64,000 nucleotides of DNA. Origin: an uncultured Solirubrobacterales bacterium. Lineage in GTDB: Bacteria > Actinomycetota > Thermoleophilia > Solirubrobacterales > JBBDJG01. Both the position numbers and the translations under genes were made by a program. Location of the stretch: NCBI GenBank assembly GCA_963731895.1, contig CAVSXO010000021.1, positions 4,796 to 68,795 on the forward strand, written 5' to 3'. Positions 10,545 through 20,948 of this stretch are shown piece by piece. Under the pieces are notes generated by a model. It worked only from the letters and a program-made list of their open reading frames with translations. It had not been told where the DNA came from and did no database searches. The first letter of the stretch is position 1; the number at the start of each line of letters is the position of its first letter.

Positions 10545-11783
10545 TCAGGGGCTGACGGAGAACCGCAGCCGCGCCCGCTTGAAGCGGTCGGCCGACCCGG
10601 TGCCGAGCGCGGTGGCCGGCGTCAGGCATCCCGACCCCTCCGGCGTCGCCCCGCTCTCGGCCAGGAGCAGACCTGCCTCGCCCAGCATCCTCGCCGTGGC
10701 GAGGTAGCCCGGGTGGCCGTCGGCGTCGACGTCGACCCGCACCGTGTGCCCGGCCGCCGTGCGGCCCTCGACCGTCATGTGCCACTTCCACGCCTCGAGG
10801 CGATCCGCGGCCGGGCCAAAACCGGAGGATGGGAGGATCCTCTCCAGCCCCTTCCCGATATGCCGGCGCACCGACGGCCGCGCTCGCGAGGCTGCCGCGA
10901 TGGCCGCCTGCGTCCCGGAAAGCACACCCGCGGCCATGTAGCGGAGCGGAAGCGTGGCCGCCGCTCCGCGCAGCGCCAGGCCCTCCCGGTACCGGAACGG
11001 CGCCGCTCCGCTGATCGCGGCCGTCCGCGCGATCACGGCCGGGTTGATGAACGCCGCCGGGGCCATCGGCGCGATCACGGTGTCGCCTGAACGTCGCGGC
11101 GCGACATTGATCGGGCTGCGGCGGCGGACCTCCCCGGCAACCGCCGAGTCGGTGATCAGCGCCGCCGGATCCGTTACGGCGGACGCGTCATCGCTGCCGG
11201 TCGCAACGGCGAGGCTCTGGAACGTCCCGCCCGAGATCATGTCCGAGGGCCGCGGCAACCCCGGCGGCCCCTCGACGCTCACCTCGAGGTCGGCCTCGGC
11301 AAGTCCCTCTCCCCAGCGCTCGCGCGCGGTCTCGGCGGCGAGCGCCACGGCCATGTCGGGGGGCAGCGCCTCGAACCCGCACACCTCCACGACCTTCACC
11401 CCTTCAACCCTCGCGCGTGCGTCGTAGGCGTCGATCATCTGGCGCACGAACGGGATCTCCCCGGTCAGGTCCACGTAATGGGCGCCATTGGACACGCAGG
11501 CCTCGATCACCGGCTGCCCGTGCAGCGTGTAGGGGCCACAGAGGTTCAGCACCACGCGCGCCCGGGACGCCATCGCCGCCAACGAAGCAGGGTCGCCCAC
11601 CTCCGCGATGATCGTGTCCGGCGCGACCACCCCGTCCTCGGCCAGGATCCGCGCCAGCTTCCCAGGATCGCGTGCGACCGCCGCCCAGCGCGCGCCCTGC
11701 TCGGCCAGGTACGCGGAAACCCGGCGGCCGGTGACGCCCGTCGCCCCGAACACGACTACGTCGAAATCTCGCTCGGCGGCCAC
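10545..11783 (-). CDS. Saccharopine dehydrogenase-like (trans-acting enoyl reductase family) oxidoreductase
   Basis: VVFGATGVTG, GPYTLHG..HYVDLTGE, CGFEALPPD and PGYLATARML. Confidence 0.88.
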   Translation of the reverse strand: MAAERDFDVVVFGATGVTGRRVSAYLAEQGARWAAVARDPGKLARILAEDGVVAPDTIIAEVGDPASLAAMASRARVVLNLCGPYTLHGQPVIEACVSNGAHYVDLTGEIPFVRQMIDAYDARARVEGVKVVEVCGFEALPPDMAVALAAETARERWGEGLAEADLEVSVEGPPGLPRPSDMISGGTFQSLAVATGSDDASAVTDPAALITDSAVAGEVRRRSPINVAPRRSGDTVIAPMAPAAFINPAVIARTAAISGAAPFRYREGLALRGAAATLPLRYMAAGVLSGTQAAIAAASRARPSVRRHIGKGLERILPSSGFGPAADRLEAWKWHMTVEGRTAAGHTVRVDVDADGHPGYLATARMLGEAGLLLAESGATPEGSGCLTPATALGTGSADRFKRARLRFSVSP

Positions 11784-11802
11784 CCGCGGACCATATCCGC
11801 CC

Positions 11803-12738
11803 TCACAGCCCGCTGACGAACCTCACCAGCTCCGGCACGATCCGCTCGTGCGCGTCCTCCTGCAGGTAGTGGCCTGCATCGTCGAGCTTCGTGACCGTCG
11901 CGTCGGGGAACGTGTCCAGCCAGAGCGTGTCGAGGTAGGACGGCAGGAAGGCAACGTCCTTCATCGCCCAGGTGACGTGGACCGGCTTCGAGCGGAAGTC
12001 GCGTTTCATCCCCTCCTCGATCTCGGCATTCATCGCCACCACCGGCCCCTCGCCGGTGACCGGGATCTCGCGCGGGAAGACCAGGATCGGAGTCCGGTCC
12101 GCCCATCCCTGATGGACATCTCGGTAGGCACGCTTCACCACCGGTGTCAGGCGCTCCTTGTGCACGACCCCCTGGCCGAACAGGAACCCGCGCTTGAACG
12201 CGTCCAACCCCTTCACCAGCACCTCGCCGATGACCGGCGTGCGGAACAGCCTCAGGGGCAGCGGCAACGGGATCTTGTCCTTGCCCGGCGGCAGCGCCTC
12301 CCGCCGGAATCCGTGCGCGAACGTGTTCAGGACGAAGAGCCCGTCGACTCGCTCCGGATGCTGCGTCGCCCAGTACAACCCGATCGGCCCGCCCCAATCC
12401 TGTGGCACCACCACGGCGCCGCGCAGGTCGAGGGACTCGAGCAGCGCGTCGAGGCGCCGGGCGTGGCGCGGCACCCGGTACAGCTCCGGATCACGCGGCT
12501 TCTCCGAGCGCCCGAACCCGAGGTGGTCGGGCACGATCGCGCGGTGCCCGGCCTCGACCAGCGCCGGGACGAAGTTGCGGTACAGGTAGCCCCAGGTCGG
12601 GTTCCCGTGCACCATCACCACGGGCCGGCCATCGCGCGGGCCCTCGTCCACGTAGTGCATGCGCCCGTCGGGCGAGTCGAACCACTTCGGCTCGTAGGGC
12701 CAGGTTCCCTCGAAGGTCCAGTCCGCCACCGCGGCCAT
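11803..12738 (-). CDS. Haloalkane dehalogenase/OleB-like alpha/beta hydrolase
   Basis: MHYVDEG, HGNPTWGYLYR, QDWGGPIG nucleophile elbow and GHYLQED. Confidence 0.85.
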   Translation of the reverse strand: MAAVADWTFEGTWPYEPKWFDSPDGRMHYVDEGPRDGRPVVMVHGNPTWGYLYRNFVPALVEAGHRAIVPDHLGFGRSEKPRDPELYRVPRHARRLDALLESLDLRGAVVVPQDWGGPIGLYWATQHPERVDGLFVLNTFAHGFRREALPPGKDKIPLPLPLRLFRTPVIGEVLVKGLDAFKRGFLFGQGVVHKERLTPVVKRAYRDVHQGWADRTPILVFPREIPVTGEGPVVAMNAEIEEGMKRDFRSKPVHVTWAMKDVAFLPSYLDTLWLDTFPDATVTKLDDAGHYLQEDAHERIVPELVRFVSGL

Positions 12739-12801
12739 CGGTCAGCGAGTCTAACCGGCGGTCCTTCCGGGTGGAGGGAGATCGACTAGCCTCACCGTTC
12801 C

Positions 12802-13425
12802 ATGCGAGAGATCGTCCCCGACGTCCAGATGTGGAGTGTCCCGGTGCCCGACAAGGGCTACGACTTCAACGGCTTCGCGGTCAACACCGAGGACGGCACG
12901 GTCCTGATCGATCCGCCGGAACCGGCGGAGGAGGGCTGGAGCGCGATCGACATGCTGGCGCCGTTCGCCGGGCTGTGGATCACGAACCGCAACCACAGCC
13001 GCGCCGCGGCCACCTTCCGCGAGCGCTACGGCCTGAAGGTGTCCGCGCACGAGGCGGACGCCGAGCGGCTCGATGCGGGCGCGGACAACACCGTCACCGG
13101 CGACGAGACGCTCCCGGGCGACATCCAGATGATCCACGTCCCGGGCAAGTCACCCGGGGAGATCGCCTTCCACCTGCCGCGCAGCCGCGCGCTGATCGTC
13201 GGCGACGTCGTGATCGGCGTGCCGCCGGGGGAGCTCTCCACCTATCCCGAGAAGGTGATCGACGACATGGCGGCGCTCCACCGCTCGGCCGCCCACCTGC
13301 TCGAGTACGACTTCGACGCGCTGCTGCTGTGCGACGGCGAGCCGATCACCTCGGGCGGGAAGCAGAAGCTCGAGGAGTTCGTTAAAGATGCGGCCAAGTC
13401 AACAGGAGGGGAGGAGGCGACATGA
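12802..13425 (+). CDS. Metallo-beta-lactamase fold protein
   Basis: VLIDP, degenerate TNRNHSR, PGKSPGE and LIVGD. Confidence 0.7.
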   Translation: MREIVPDVQMWSVPVPDKGYDFNGFAVNTEDGTVLIDPPEPAEEGWSAIDMLAPFAGLWITNRNHSRAAATFRERYGLKVSAHEADAERLDAGADNTVTGDETLPGDIQMIHVPGKSPGEIAFHLPRSRALIVGDVVIGVPPGELSTYPEKVIDDMAALHRSAAHLLEYDFDALLLCDGEPITSGGKQKLEEFVKDAAKSTGGEEAT

Positions 13426-13829
13426 GTGCTCCGTTAGAGGTGATCGATCGTCATTTCGCGGCTTTTGCGGCGAAGGACGCCGATGCCGAGCCGTACAGCG
13501 CCGATGCCGAGGTGATTGCGCCCGGCGCACAGGTTCGTGGCCGAGACCAGGTTCTCGCCTGGCTCGGCGGCTACTGGGAGGCCTTCCCCGACGCGCGCCT
13601 CGAGGCCACCCACTCGATCGCGTCCGGGCGGCATGTCGCACGCGAGGGGAAGATCGTCGGGACGCACACGGGCGTTCTCCGCACGCCGGACGGTGAGGTA
13701 CCACCGACCGGGCGAGCCGTCGAGCTTCGGTGGATGGCCATGTACGAGGTTGCAGGAGAGGAAATCCTCTTCGAGCATCTCTACTTCGATTCCGCCGACT
13801 TCCTCATGCAGCTGGGCTTGAGCGGCTAG
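13422..13829 (+). CDS. SnoaL-like ester cyclase
   Basis: AFPD...GTHTG..PPTGRAVEL...EHLYFD; ATGA overlap with the upstream gene. Confidence 0.85.
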   Translation: MSAPLEVIDRHFAAFAAKDADAEPYSADAEVIAPGAQVRGRDQVLAWLGGYWEAFPDARLEATHSIASGRHVAREGKIVGTHTGVLRTPDGEVPPTGRAVELRWMAMYEVAGEEILFEHLYFDSADFLMQLGLSG

Positions 13830-13851
13830 AGCTACCGGCCGGCGCTGACGG

Positions 13852-16089
13852 TCAGCCCGCGAACGTGACGATCAGCTTCGGCCGCTTCGCCACGTCCGAG
13901 TTCTCGCGCGAGGCGAAGTCGACGCCGTCGCCCGAGGTACTGATCAGGGCGAACGTGACGGTCCCGTTTCCGCTCACGACCGGCTTCACGTCGTACTCGA
14001 CCGTCGCGTTGCCGGCGATCGCACCCACATCGCCGATCGCGGTCGTCCCGCGCACCGGCCGGTTCAACCACGTGATCGTTGACTGTGACCATGCGCTCGA
14101 GGCCGTGAACAGCGCGGGCCCGTCGACCGTGCCGTTGCTGGTCGCGCCCAGGCGCAGCTTCGCGCTCTGGACAGGGCCGGTGATCCCCGACACCTGGAAC
14201 CGCGCGTAGCTCTCGGTCACCAGGCTTGTTCCACCCCTGGCGACCAGGGTGCTCGAGGTGCCGAAGTTCGTGGCGGACTTCGCCTGCTCCACGCGCGCGT
14301 CGGCGTCCGGTGTGAACTGGAGCGTCGTGATCGAGCTGCTGACGGAGATTCCGACCGTGCCGGTGTCGGAGCCGCCGCGGCCGTCGCTCACCCGCAGGCT
14401 CACGGTGTAGCTGCCGGGCGTCGTGTAGGTGAAGCTCGGCTTCGCATCGGTCGAGTCGTCGAGCTCGCCGTCCCCGTCCAGGTCCCACTCGTACGTGAGC
14501 GCATCGGTGTCGGGATCGGTCGACCCTGTTGCGTCGAAGGCGACGTTCAGCGGTGCTGCACCGGAGACGGGACTCGCGGTCGCGACCGCGGTCGGAGCGG
14601 CGTTCGAAAGAGCCGCGTACGAGATGCGCTGGACCTGGTAGTGCTCCTGATCGACGTACAGAAGGTCGCCCCCTGGGAGCACCTCGATGTCCATCGGCCG
14701 CATCGCGCCGGCGGCGAACAGCACCACCTTGCCGCGCTGCGGCAGGCCGTCCGTGCCCGGCAGCAGCGCGTAGATGCAGTCCCGCAGGCGATCGGAGAAG
14801 AACAGCGCGCCGCGATACCCCGCCGGGAAGCTTCCACCGGCTGTGGGATAGAACGAGACGCCGGTCACCAGGCTGCCGGCCGGAGCGCCGGCTGAGTCCT
14901 GCGTGCATGCCTCCCCGGGCACGACCGGAAGCTCGTGGTCGTACGCCCAATACGGGGCCGCCGTCGCGTTGCCTTCGCGGTACAGGTTCTCGCAGATGTT
15001 CAGGTTGTTGTCGTTGCTCCGGGGCCGGATGCGCGTGTAGGGATTCCCGTTCGCATCGATCCCGCCCTCGTAGCATGGCCAGCCGAAGTTGAGCACCGAT
15101 GGGGTCGGCGTCACCACGCGGTTGAATTCCTCCCAGTAGCCACCGCCGCGATCGGTCACCCACACCTCACTCGTGCCCGGCCGGATCGCGAGTCGCACGG
15201 AGTCGCGCAGGCCGTAGGCGAGCATGCGGCGCTCGTTCGCGCTGGCGCTGCCGGACAGAGGGTTGCCGGGAGCCCCCGCGCCGGTCGCCGGATCGATCCG
15301 GATCAGGCTGCCGTTCAGGCCGGTGGGGTCGCCGGGGGTGCGCAGGTCCTGCGAGCGCAGGCGGCCACCCTCGGAGGTCGGCGGGGAGAGCAGCGAGCCG
15401 ACTCCGCCGGGCGGGTCACCGCACGGATTGGCGGGCGTGCCGGTCTGGCCCCAGTCCCACAGCCTGGCGGTCGAGCCGTCCGAGCCGGACGCGTACAGGT
15501 ACCCGTCGGCGCCGAACTCGAGACCGCCGCCCGTGTGGACCGGATACTGGTGGCAGTAGTCCTCGACCAGCACCTGCTCCGCGCCGGTCATCACCTCGCC
15601 GTTGATCTGCAGGCGCGATATGCGCACGGCGGCGATGCAGTTCTCCTCCAGGCCGCCGGGCGCCTTCGCACAGTTGTCATAGGTCTGGCCGGCGGTTCCA
15701 TAGAGGGGCGGCGTGCCGCCGATCGTCGCGTCGAGGTTGTAGTAGGCGTAGATGTAGGGCTGCGTCGGGAAGGCCGGATCGATCGCCAGCGACATGAGCC
15801 CGCGCGCCGAGAAGTTGTGCACCTTGGTGCGCAGGTCGGCGGCCACGGTCGCGCTCGAGTCCGCAATGCTGCTGTAGGTCTTGACGATCCCGCTCTTCTC
15901 GGCCACGAAGATGCGGCCGTTGGGCGCGATCTCGACGTCCGTCGGCCGGGTCAGGCCGGAGATCGCGGTCGTCTGGCTGAAGCCGGCCGGCAGCGTGACC
16001 GCGCCGGCGAGCTGCGGCGCTACGAGCGCGGCCAAGCACGTGAGCACGATCCCCACGGCAGCGATAAATGCATCCCTGCGAATAGACAT
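13852..16089 (-). CDS. Secreted PQQ-dependent sugar dehydrogenase (GSDH) with PKD and C-terminal DNRLRE/CBM96-like domains
   Basis: HTGGGLEFGADGYLY, YGLRD and NFGWPCYEG; PKD YEWDLDGDG..YTTPGSY; ESYARF..AKLRL..FASRE. Confidence 0.85.
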   Translation of the reverse strand: MSIRRDAFIAAVGIVLTCLAALVAPQLAGAVTLPAGFSQTTAISGLTRPTDVEIAPNGRIFVAEKSGIVKTYSSIADSSATVAADLRTKVHNFSARGLMSLAIDPAFPTQPYIYAYYNLDATIGGTPPLYGTAGQTYDNCAKAPGGLEENCIAAVRISRLQINGEVMTGAEQVLVEDYCHQYPVHTGGGLEFGADGYLYASGSDGSTARLWDWGQTGTPANPCGDPPGGVGSLLSPPTSEGGRLRSQDLRTPGDPTGLNGSLIRIDPATGAGAPGNPLSGSASANERRMLAYGLRDSVRLAIRPGTSEVWVTDRGGGYWEEFNRVVTPTPSVLNFGWPCYEGGIDANGNPYTRIRPRSNDNNLNICENLYREGNATAAPYWAYDHELPVVPGEACTQDSAGAPAGSLVTGVSFYPTAGGSFPAGYRGALFFSDRLRDCIYALLPGTDGLPQRGKVVLFAAGAMRPMDIEVLPGGDLLYVDQEHYQVQRISYAALSNAAPTAVATASPVSGAAPLNVAFDATGSTDPDTDALTYEWDLDGDGELDDSTDAKPSFTYTTPGSYTVSLRVSDGRGGSDTGTVGISVSSSITTLQFTPDADARVEQAKSATNFGTSSTLVARGGTSLVTESYARFQVSGITGPVQSAKLRLGATSNGTVDGPALFTASSAWSQSTITWLNRPVRGTTAIGDVGAIAGNATVEYDVKPVVSGNGTVTFALISTSGDGVDFASRENSDVAKRPKLIVTFAG

Positions 16090-16188
16090 GACCCTCCCTG
16101 GCCAAGATGTCCCGGCGCGGAGGCACCGGAGCGAACACAGACCTATTGAGCGTAGTCACGACTCCCGCGTCTGGCGAGGGAAATTAAG

Positions 16189-16734
16189 GTGTCACCCGTG
16201 TCCAAGCACGCCGCGTTCCTGCGCGCAGTCAATCTCGGGCCGACTCGGAAGATCAGCAGCGCGGACCTGCGCTCGCTGTTCGAGCAGCTGGGATTCAAGG
16301 ACGTGGAGACCTTTCGGACGAGCGGCAACGTCGTCTTCGAATCCGCCCGCAAACCGGGCGCCGGCCAGATCGAGAAGGCGCTGGCGGCGGTGCTCGGCGC
16401 CGAGGTGCCGACCTTCCTGCGCACGGAGAAGGAGATTCGCGCGCTCGCGGCACACCAACCGTTCCCTGCGAAGCTCGTGGAGGCCTCGGAGGGCAAGCTC
16501 CAGGTGGTGCTGCTGTCGAAGAAACCGCCTGCAAAGGTGCGCAAAGAGGTACTGGCGCTGGCGACAGACGAGGACCGGCTCGCCTTCGGCGATCGGGAGC
16601 TCTACTGGCTTCCGAGCGGGGGCATCCGGGACGCGGCGCTGAACTTCAAGGCGATCGAAAAGCTGGTCGGCCCGTCGACGATGCGAACCAAGGGGACCAT
16701 CGACGAGCTGACAAAGAAATACTTCGCCGCCTGA
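16189..16734 (+). CDS. DUF1697 domain protein
   Basis: AFLRAVNLG..LGFKDVETFRTSGNVVF. Confidence 0.85.
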   Translation: MSPVSKHAAFLRAVNLGPTRKISSADLRSLFEQLGFKDVETFRTSGNVVFESARKPGAGQIEKALAAVLGAEVPTFLRTEKEIRALAAHQPFPAKLVEASEGKLQVVLLSKKPPAKVRKEVLALATDEDRLAFGDRELYWLPSGGIRDAALNFKAIEKLVGPSTMRTKGTIDELTKKYFAA

Positions 16735-16744
16735 CGGGCCACAC

Positions 16745-17032
16745 TTACGCTCGCCGGAAGTGCTCCAGCAGACCCCGCGCGTAGTAGTCCTCGAACTTCT
16801 CGCTCGGGCTCTCCATGACGTACTTCTTGTCGAGCCGCACGAGCATGTAGACGAGCTCGCTGCGGACCGGCTCCACGTCGAGCAGGTCGGGCAGCTCGGA
16901 GTGGTTCACGAGCCAGTCCGCGTACCAGGAGGCCCAGTCAGGGTCGTCGCCGTCGGTGATCCGGTACACGATGTGGTGCGTCTCCGCCGCCTCGTGCAGC
17001 AGGGCGCTGATCTTCTTGGCCCGTCTGTCCAT
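16745..17032 (-). CDS. Hypothetical protein
   Basis: GGAGG SD; plausible codon usage; HH..DPDWASWYADWL motif. Confidence 0.75.
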   Translation of the reverse strand: MDRRAKKISALLHEAAETHHIVYRITDGDDPDWASWYADWLVNHSELPDLLDVEPVRSELVYMLVRLDKKYVMESPSEKFEDYYARGLLEHFRRA

Positions 17033-17209
17033 TCGATTCCTCCTCCGGTCGGTCGCTCGGGCCTAACGTCTACCCGAGGGGTGGATCGCCGTGATCGGAG
17101 TATGCAAGCGTCGTTGCATTTCACGCTCCTGCACGGCAACTTGCAGATCCTTACGCGCATGCGACGCGGTCGAGACCCTCCGGGCGATCGTGAGGGAACA
17201 TTCGATCGG

Positions 17210-17911
17210 ATGAGAGACGACTCATGGGCGCCCTACGGCGCCGCGTCCGGCGCGATCGCGGTCCTGTTGTATGCGATTGCCGCGCTGGTGATAGGGGAGC
17301 GGCCGAGCTTCGACGCACCCGGCACCGAAGTCGCTGCGCACTTCGACGAAGACCGGACGCGGATCCAGCTGGCCTGCGCCTTCAACGCGGCCATGGCGCC
17401 GTTCTTCGTCTGGTTCCTGGCCACGGTCGCGTCGCTGGCCCGGGCCGGTGGACCCGGAGCGGGGCGTGCGGGCGCGGTCGCTTTCGGCTGCGGGCTCGTC
17501 TTCCTCACCCTGTTCCTGGTCGACGTCACCACGCTCGCGGTCGGCGCCCTGCGGCCCGAGACCATGCTCGCGGACCCCGAGCTGGCGTCCGCCCTGCGCG
17601 ACTTCGAATGGATGGCACAGGGGATGGCCTCCTTCCTCGCCGTTGGGCTACTAGCCGTGCTTGGGGTACTCGCCCTCCGCGACAGCGCACTGTGGCCGCG
17701 GTGGGTGGGTTGGCTGGCGGTCCTCGCGGCGGTGGCATATGCGCCGCGGGTCGGGACTCTCTTCACAACCGAGGGGCCGTTCGCGGCCGACGGAGTGCTC
17801 GGCCTCTATGTGCCGGTGGCCGGCTTCACGGGGTGGATCGTGATCGCGAGCGTGGTGCTCACGCTCAGAGTCCGCCGGGCCTCGGAGCCCGGCGAGCTGT
17901 TCGGCCGGTAG
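17210..17911 (+). CDS. Multi-pass membrane protein (DUF4386-like)
   Basis: About six hydrophobic helices; LWPRWVGW motif. Confidence 0.65.
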   Translation: MRDDSWAPYGAASGAIAVLLYAIAALVIGERPSFDAPGTEVAAHFDEDRTRIQLACAFNAAMAPFFVWFLATVASLARAGGPGAGRAGAVAFGCGLVFLTLFLVDVTTLAVGALRPETMLADPELASALRDFEWMAQGMASFLAVGLLAVLGVLALRDSALWPRWVGWLAVLAAVAYAPRVGTLFTTEGPFAADGVLGLYVPVAGFTGWIVIASVVLTLRVRRASEPGELFGR

Positions 17912-17923
17912 GCTGCGACGGCG

Positions 17924-18812
17924 ATGGCCGTGGCCTCTCCTGAGATCGCCGGCATCAGACACAGCGACGTCGACGCCGCCGGCCTGCGCATGCACGTCGT
18001 CGAGGCCGGCCCACCCGACGGCGACCCGATCCTCGTGCTCCACGGCTGGCCGCAGCACTGGTACCAGTGGCGGCACCAGATACCCGCGCTGGCCGGTGCC
18101 GGTTACCGGGTGATCGTCCCGGACCTGCGCGGCTTCGGCCGGACCGAGGCCCCCCCGAAGGGCTACGACAAGGAGAACATGGCCACGGACGTCCTGAACC
18201 TGATGGACGCCATGGGCCTCGAGCGCGTGAAGCTGCTCGCGCACGACTGGGGCGGATGGATCGCGTTCATCCTCTGCGTGCGCGCACCGGAGCGGTTCAG
18301 CCGCTACCTCGCGCTCAACATTCCGCACCTGTGGGCGAAGACCGACCCGCGCACGCTGCTCAACATTTGGCGCTTCTGGTACATGGTCGTGATCGCCACG
18401 CCGCTCGGGCGGTGGCTGCTGCGCAACCGCCCCGGATTCGTGCGCCGTGTGATCCAGGGCTCGTCACCGAACCCGCAGTCCTGGTCGGACGCGGACGTCG
18501 ACGCCTTCACACGGCCCCTGCAGGAGCCGGCACGCGCCGAGGCCAGCGTCCAGCTGTACCGCACGTTCCTGCTGAAGGAGTTCGGCCCCGTCGCCGCCGG
18601 CCGGTACCAGAAGACCCGGCTCACCGTCCCGACACTCGAGCTGTTCGGCGAGAACGACTTCGCGATCCCGAAGTCGTTCTTCCGCCGCGACCCGAACGAG
18701 TTCGCGGACGACTTCACGATCGAGTTCGTCCCGGACACCGGGCACTTCATCTGCCGAGGAGCGCCCGGAGCTGGTGAACGACCGCGCGCTCGAGTTCTTC
18801 GCACGAGACTGA
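17924..18812 (+). CDS. Epoxide hydrolase-like alpha/beta hydrolase (frameshift near 18752)
   Basis: LHGWPQ, PDLRGFG, HDWGG and GHF; EEAPELVN..ALEFF continues in another frame to TGA 18812. Confidence 0.85.
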
Positions 18813-18815
18813 CGA

Positions 18816-19547
18816 ACGATCCAGCTAGTCCGCACCGCCTTTCCCGACCGGCCGGCCTACGACACGGCCGTGTCGCACGCGATCCTCGAGCGGGTCGCCG
18901 CCGGTGAGTTGCCGGAGACCTTCCGGCTCGCGCGGCCCGGCGCGATGGTCGCGTTCGGCAAGCAGGACGTGAACAGCCCCGGCTACACCGATGCGGTCAC
19001 GGCTGCCTACGCCGGCGGCTTCGAAGCGGTGCAGCGCCTCGCGGGCGGGCGCGCCGCCGTCTTCCACGAGAACACGATCGCGTTCGCCTGGGCGGGCGCC
19101 TCGCGGGACACGTGGTCCGGCACGCACGAGCGCTTCCGCACGATCGCCGGCATCGTGGAGCGCGCGCTGCGGCGCCTCGGCGTGGACGCCCGCACCGGCG
19201 AGATCCCGCGCGAGTACTGCCCCGGCGAGTACAGCATCAACGCCCGCGGCCAGACCAAGCTGGTAGGGATCGGCCAGCGCCTGATCAGGGGCGCATGGCA
19301 CATCGGCGGGGTGATCGTGGTCGACGAGGCCGATCGCGTGCGCGACATCCTGATCCCGGTGTACGGGGCGCTGGGCCTCGACTGGGATCCCGCCACCGCC
19401 GGCGCCGTCGCCGACGAGGTCCCGAGCGTCAGCTGGGATGACGTGGCCGACGCGCTGCTTGCCGAGCTCCCCGACCACCAGGCCGGCGGCCTCGACCCCG
19501 CGACGCTGGCGCTCGCTCAGCGATTGGAGCCCGAGCACCTAGCTTGA
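18816..19547 (+). CDS. Lipoate-protein ligase A / octanoyltransferase family protein
   Basis: RLAGGRAAV, EYCPGEYSIN and KLVGIGQR; start uncertain (frame open from about 18813). Confidence 0.8.
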   Translation, partial: TIQLVRTAFPDRPAYDTAVSHAILERVAAGELPETFRLARPGAMVAFGKQDVNSPGYTDAVTAAYAGGFEAVQRLAGGRAAVFHENTIAFAWAGASRDTWSGTHERFRTIAGIVERALRRLGVDARTGEIPREYCPGEYSINARGQTKLVGIGQRLIRGAWHIGGVIVVDEADRVRDILIPVYGALGLDWDPATAGAVADEVPSVSWDDVADALLAELPDHQAGGLDPATLALAQRLEPEHLA

Positions 19548-19949
19548 GCGCTGCGGGTCTCCTGAGAGCGGCGGGTCTCCCCAGCGCTGCCGGGTCTGGT
19601 GGTGGAAGAACGCACCCCACGAGCCGGCGAGCGTCGTCACGACGGTGATCGCGTAGAGCTCGAGGAAGACGTCCACGATCCTGCCGCCCGTGGACAGCGG
19701 CACCTGCATCTGCGACGAGACGGTCAGCAGCTGGCAGCTGGTCCAGAAGATCGCGTCCCCGACATTCGCGATCTCGCTGCCGTTCGCGCCGTGCTCGAAC
19801 GCGTAGATCAGCGCACTACCGATCACGTTCGCGATCAGGGTGGCGAGCCCGACCAGCAATATGCGATCGCGGAGATCCCTGTGCGGACCTGTCCTTCCGC
19901 GTGCGATCCCCGCCAGCTCGTGCCCTGCACGTCCAACCGCCTGTTTCAT
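19539..19949 (-). CDS. Two-TM potassium channel-like (Ion_trans_2) protein with atypical filter
   Basis: TM-pore helix-TM layout DAIFWTSCQLLTVSSQMQVPLSTGGR. Confidence 0.6.
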   Translation of the reverse strand: MKQAVGRAGHELAGIARGRTGPHRDLRDRILLVGLATLIANVIGSALIYAFEHGANGSEIANVGDAIFWTSCQLLTVSSQMQVPLSTGGRIVDVFLELYAITVVTTLAGSWGAFFHHQTRQRWGDPPLSGDPQRSS

Positions 19950-20070
19950 TGCAGTGAATGTAGGTTCGCCCGCGGACAGCGCGGGGCCGGGGAGGGGTTC
20001 TTCGAACGGCGTGGTACCGCCGGTGACACCACGCCTGGAACGAAACCCCCCGAGGGGGGAGACCGGTAGT

Positions 20071-20937
20071 GTGGCCGCCGTGTCGCCCGCCCAGCAGATC
20101 CGCGACCTCGTCGCGAACGACACCGTTCTGATGCCCGGCGTCTACGACGCGCTCACGGCCCGGATCGCCGCACGCGTCGGCTTCGACATCGTCTTCATCT
20201 CCGGCTATTCGGTGTCCGCCGCCCATCTCGGCGAGCCCGACTTCGGGTTCCTGACCCAGTCCGAGATGGCGGACGCCGCGCGCGATGTCGCCCGCGTCTC
20301 CACGGCGCCGGTGATCGTCGACGCCGACACCGGCTACGGCAGCCCGGTGAACGTGCTGCGCACGATCCGCGACTTCCAGGACGCGGGCGCCGCGGGCGTG
20401 TTCCTCGAGGACCAGGTGTGGCCGAAGAAGTGCGGTCACTTCCGCGGCAAGCAGGTCGTCTCCACCGAGGAGCACGCGGCCCGGATCCGCGCGGCCGCAG
20501 ACGCGCGCGGGGAGCACGATCTGTTCATCGTCGCCCGCACCGACGCGCGCCAGCCGCTCGGCCTCGACGCCGCCATCGAGCGCTGTCTCGCATACAAGGA
20601 GGCGGGCGCCGACGCGCTGTTCGTCGAGGCGCCGGAGTCCAGGGAGGAGCTGGCCGAGATCGCCGCGCGACTCCCCCCACCGCTGGTCGCGAACATGATC
20701 GAGCGCGGCCGCACGCCGCACCTGACCCGCCAGGAGCTGAAGGAGCTCGGCTTCGGGCTGATCGTCTGCCCGCTGGCGGCGCTGTACGCCGCCGCGAAGG
20801 CGGTCACCGAGGTGCTCACGGAGCTGAAGGAGCGGGAGACCACCGTCGCCCTGTACGACCGGATGCTCAGCTTCGACGAGTTCGGCGAGCTGGTCGGCCT
20901 CGAGCAGCGCTACGCCGACGAAGCGCGCTACACGTAG
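20071..20937 (+). CDS. Isocitrate lyase/PEP mutase family (methylisocitrate lyase-like)
   Basis: PGVYDALTAR, DADTGYG, EDQVWPKKCGH and ARTDAR. Confidence 0.9.
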   Translation: MAAVSPAQQIRDLVANDTVLMPGVYDALTARIAARVGFDIVFISGYSVSAAHLGEPDFGFLTQSEMADAARDVARVSTAPVIVDADTGYGSPVNVLRTIRDFQDAGAAGVFLEDQVWPKKCGHFRGKQVVSTEEHAARIRAAADARGEHDLFIVARTDARQPLGLDAAIERCLAYKEAGADALFVEAPESREELAEIAARLPPPLVANMIERGRTPHLTRQELKELGFGLIVCPLAALYAAAKAVTEVLTELKERETTVALYDRMLSFDEFGELVGLEQRYADEARYT

Positions 20938-20948
20938 GGGCGCAGACC

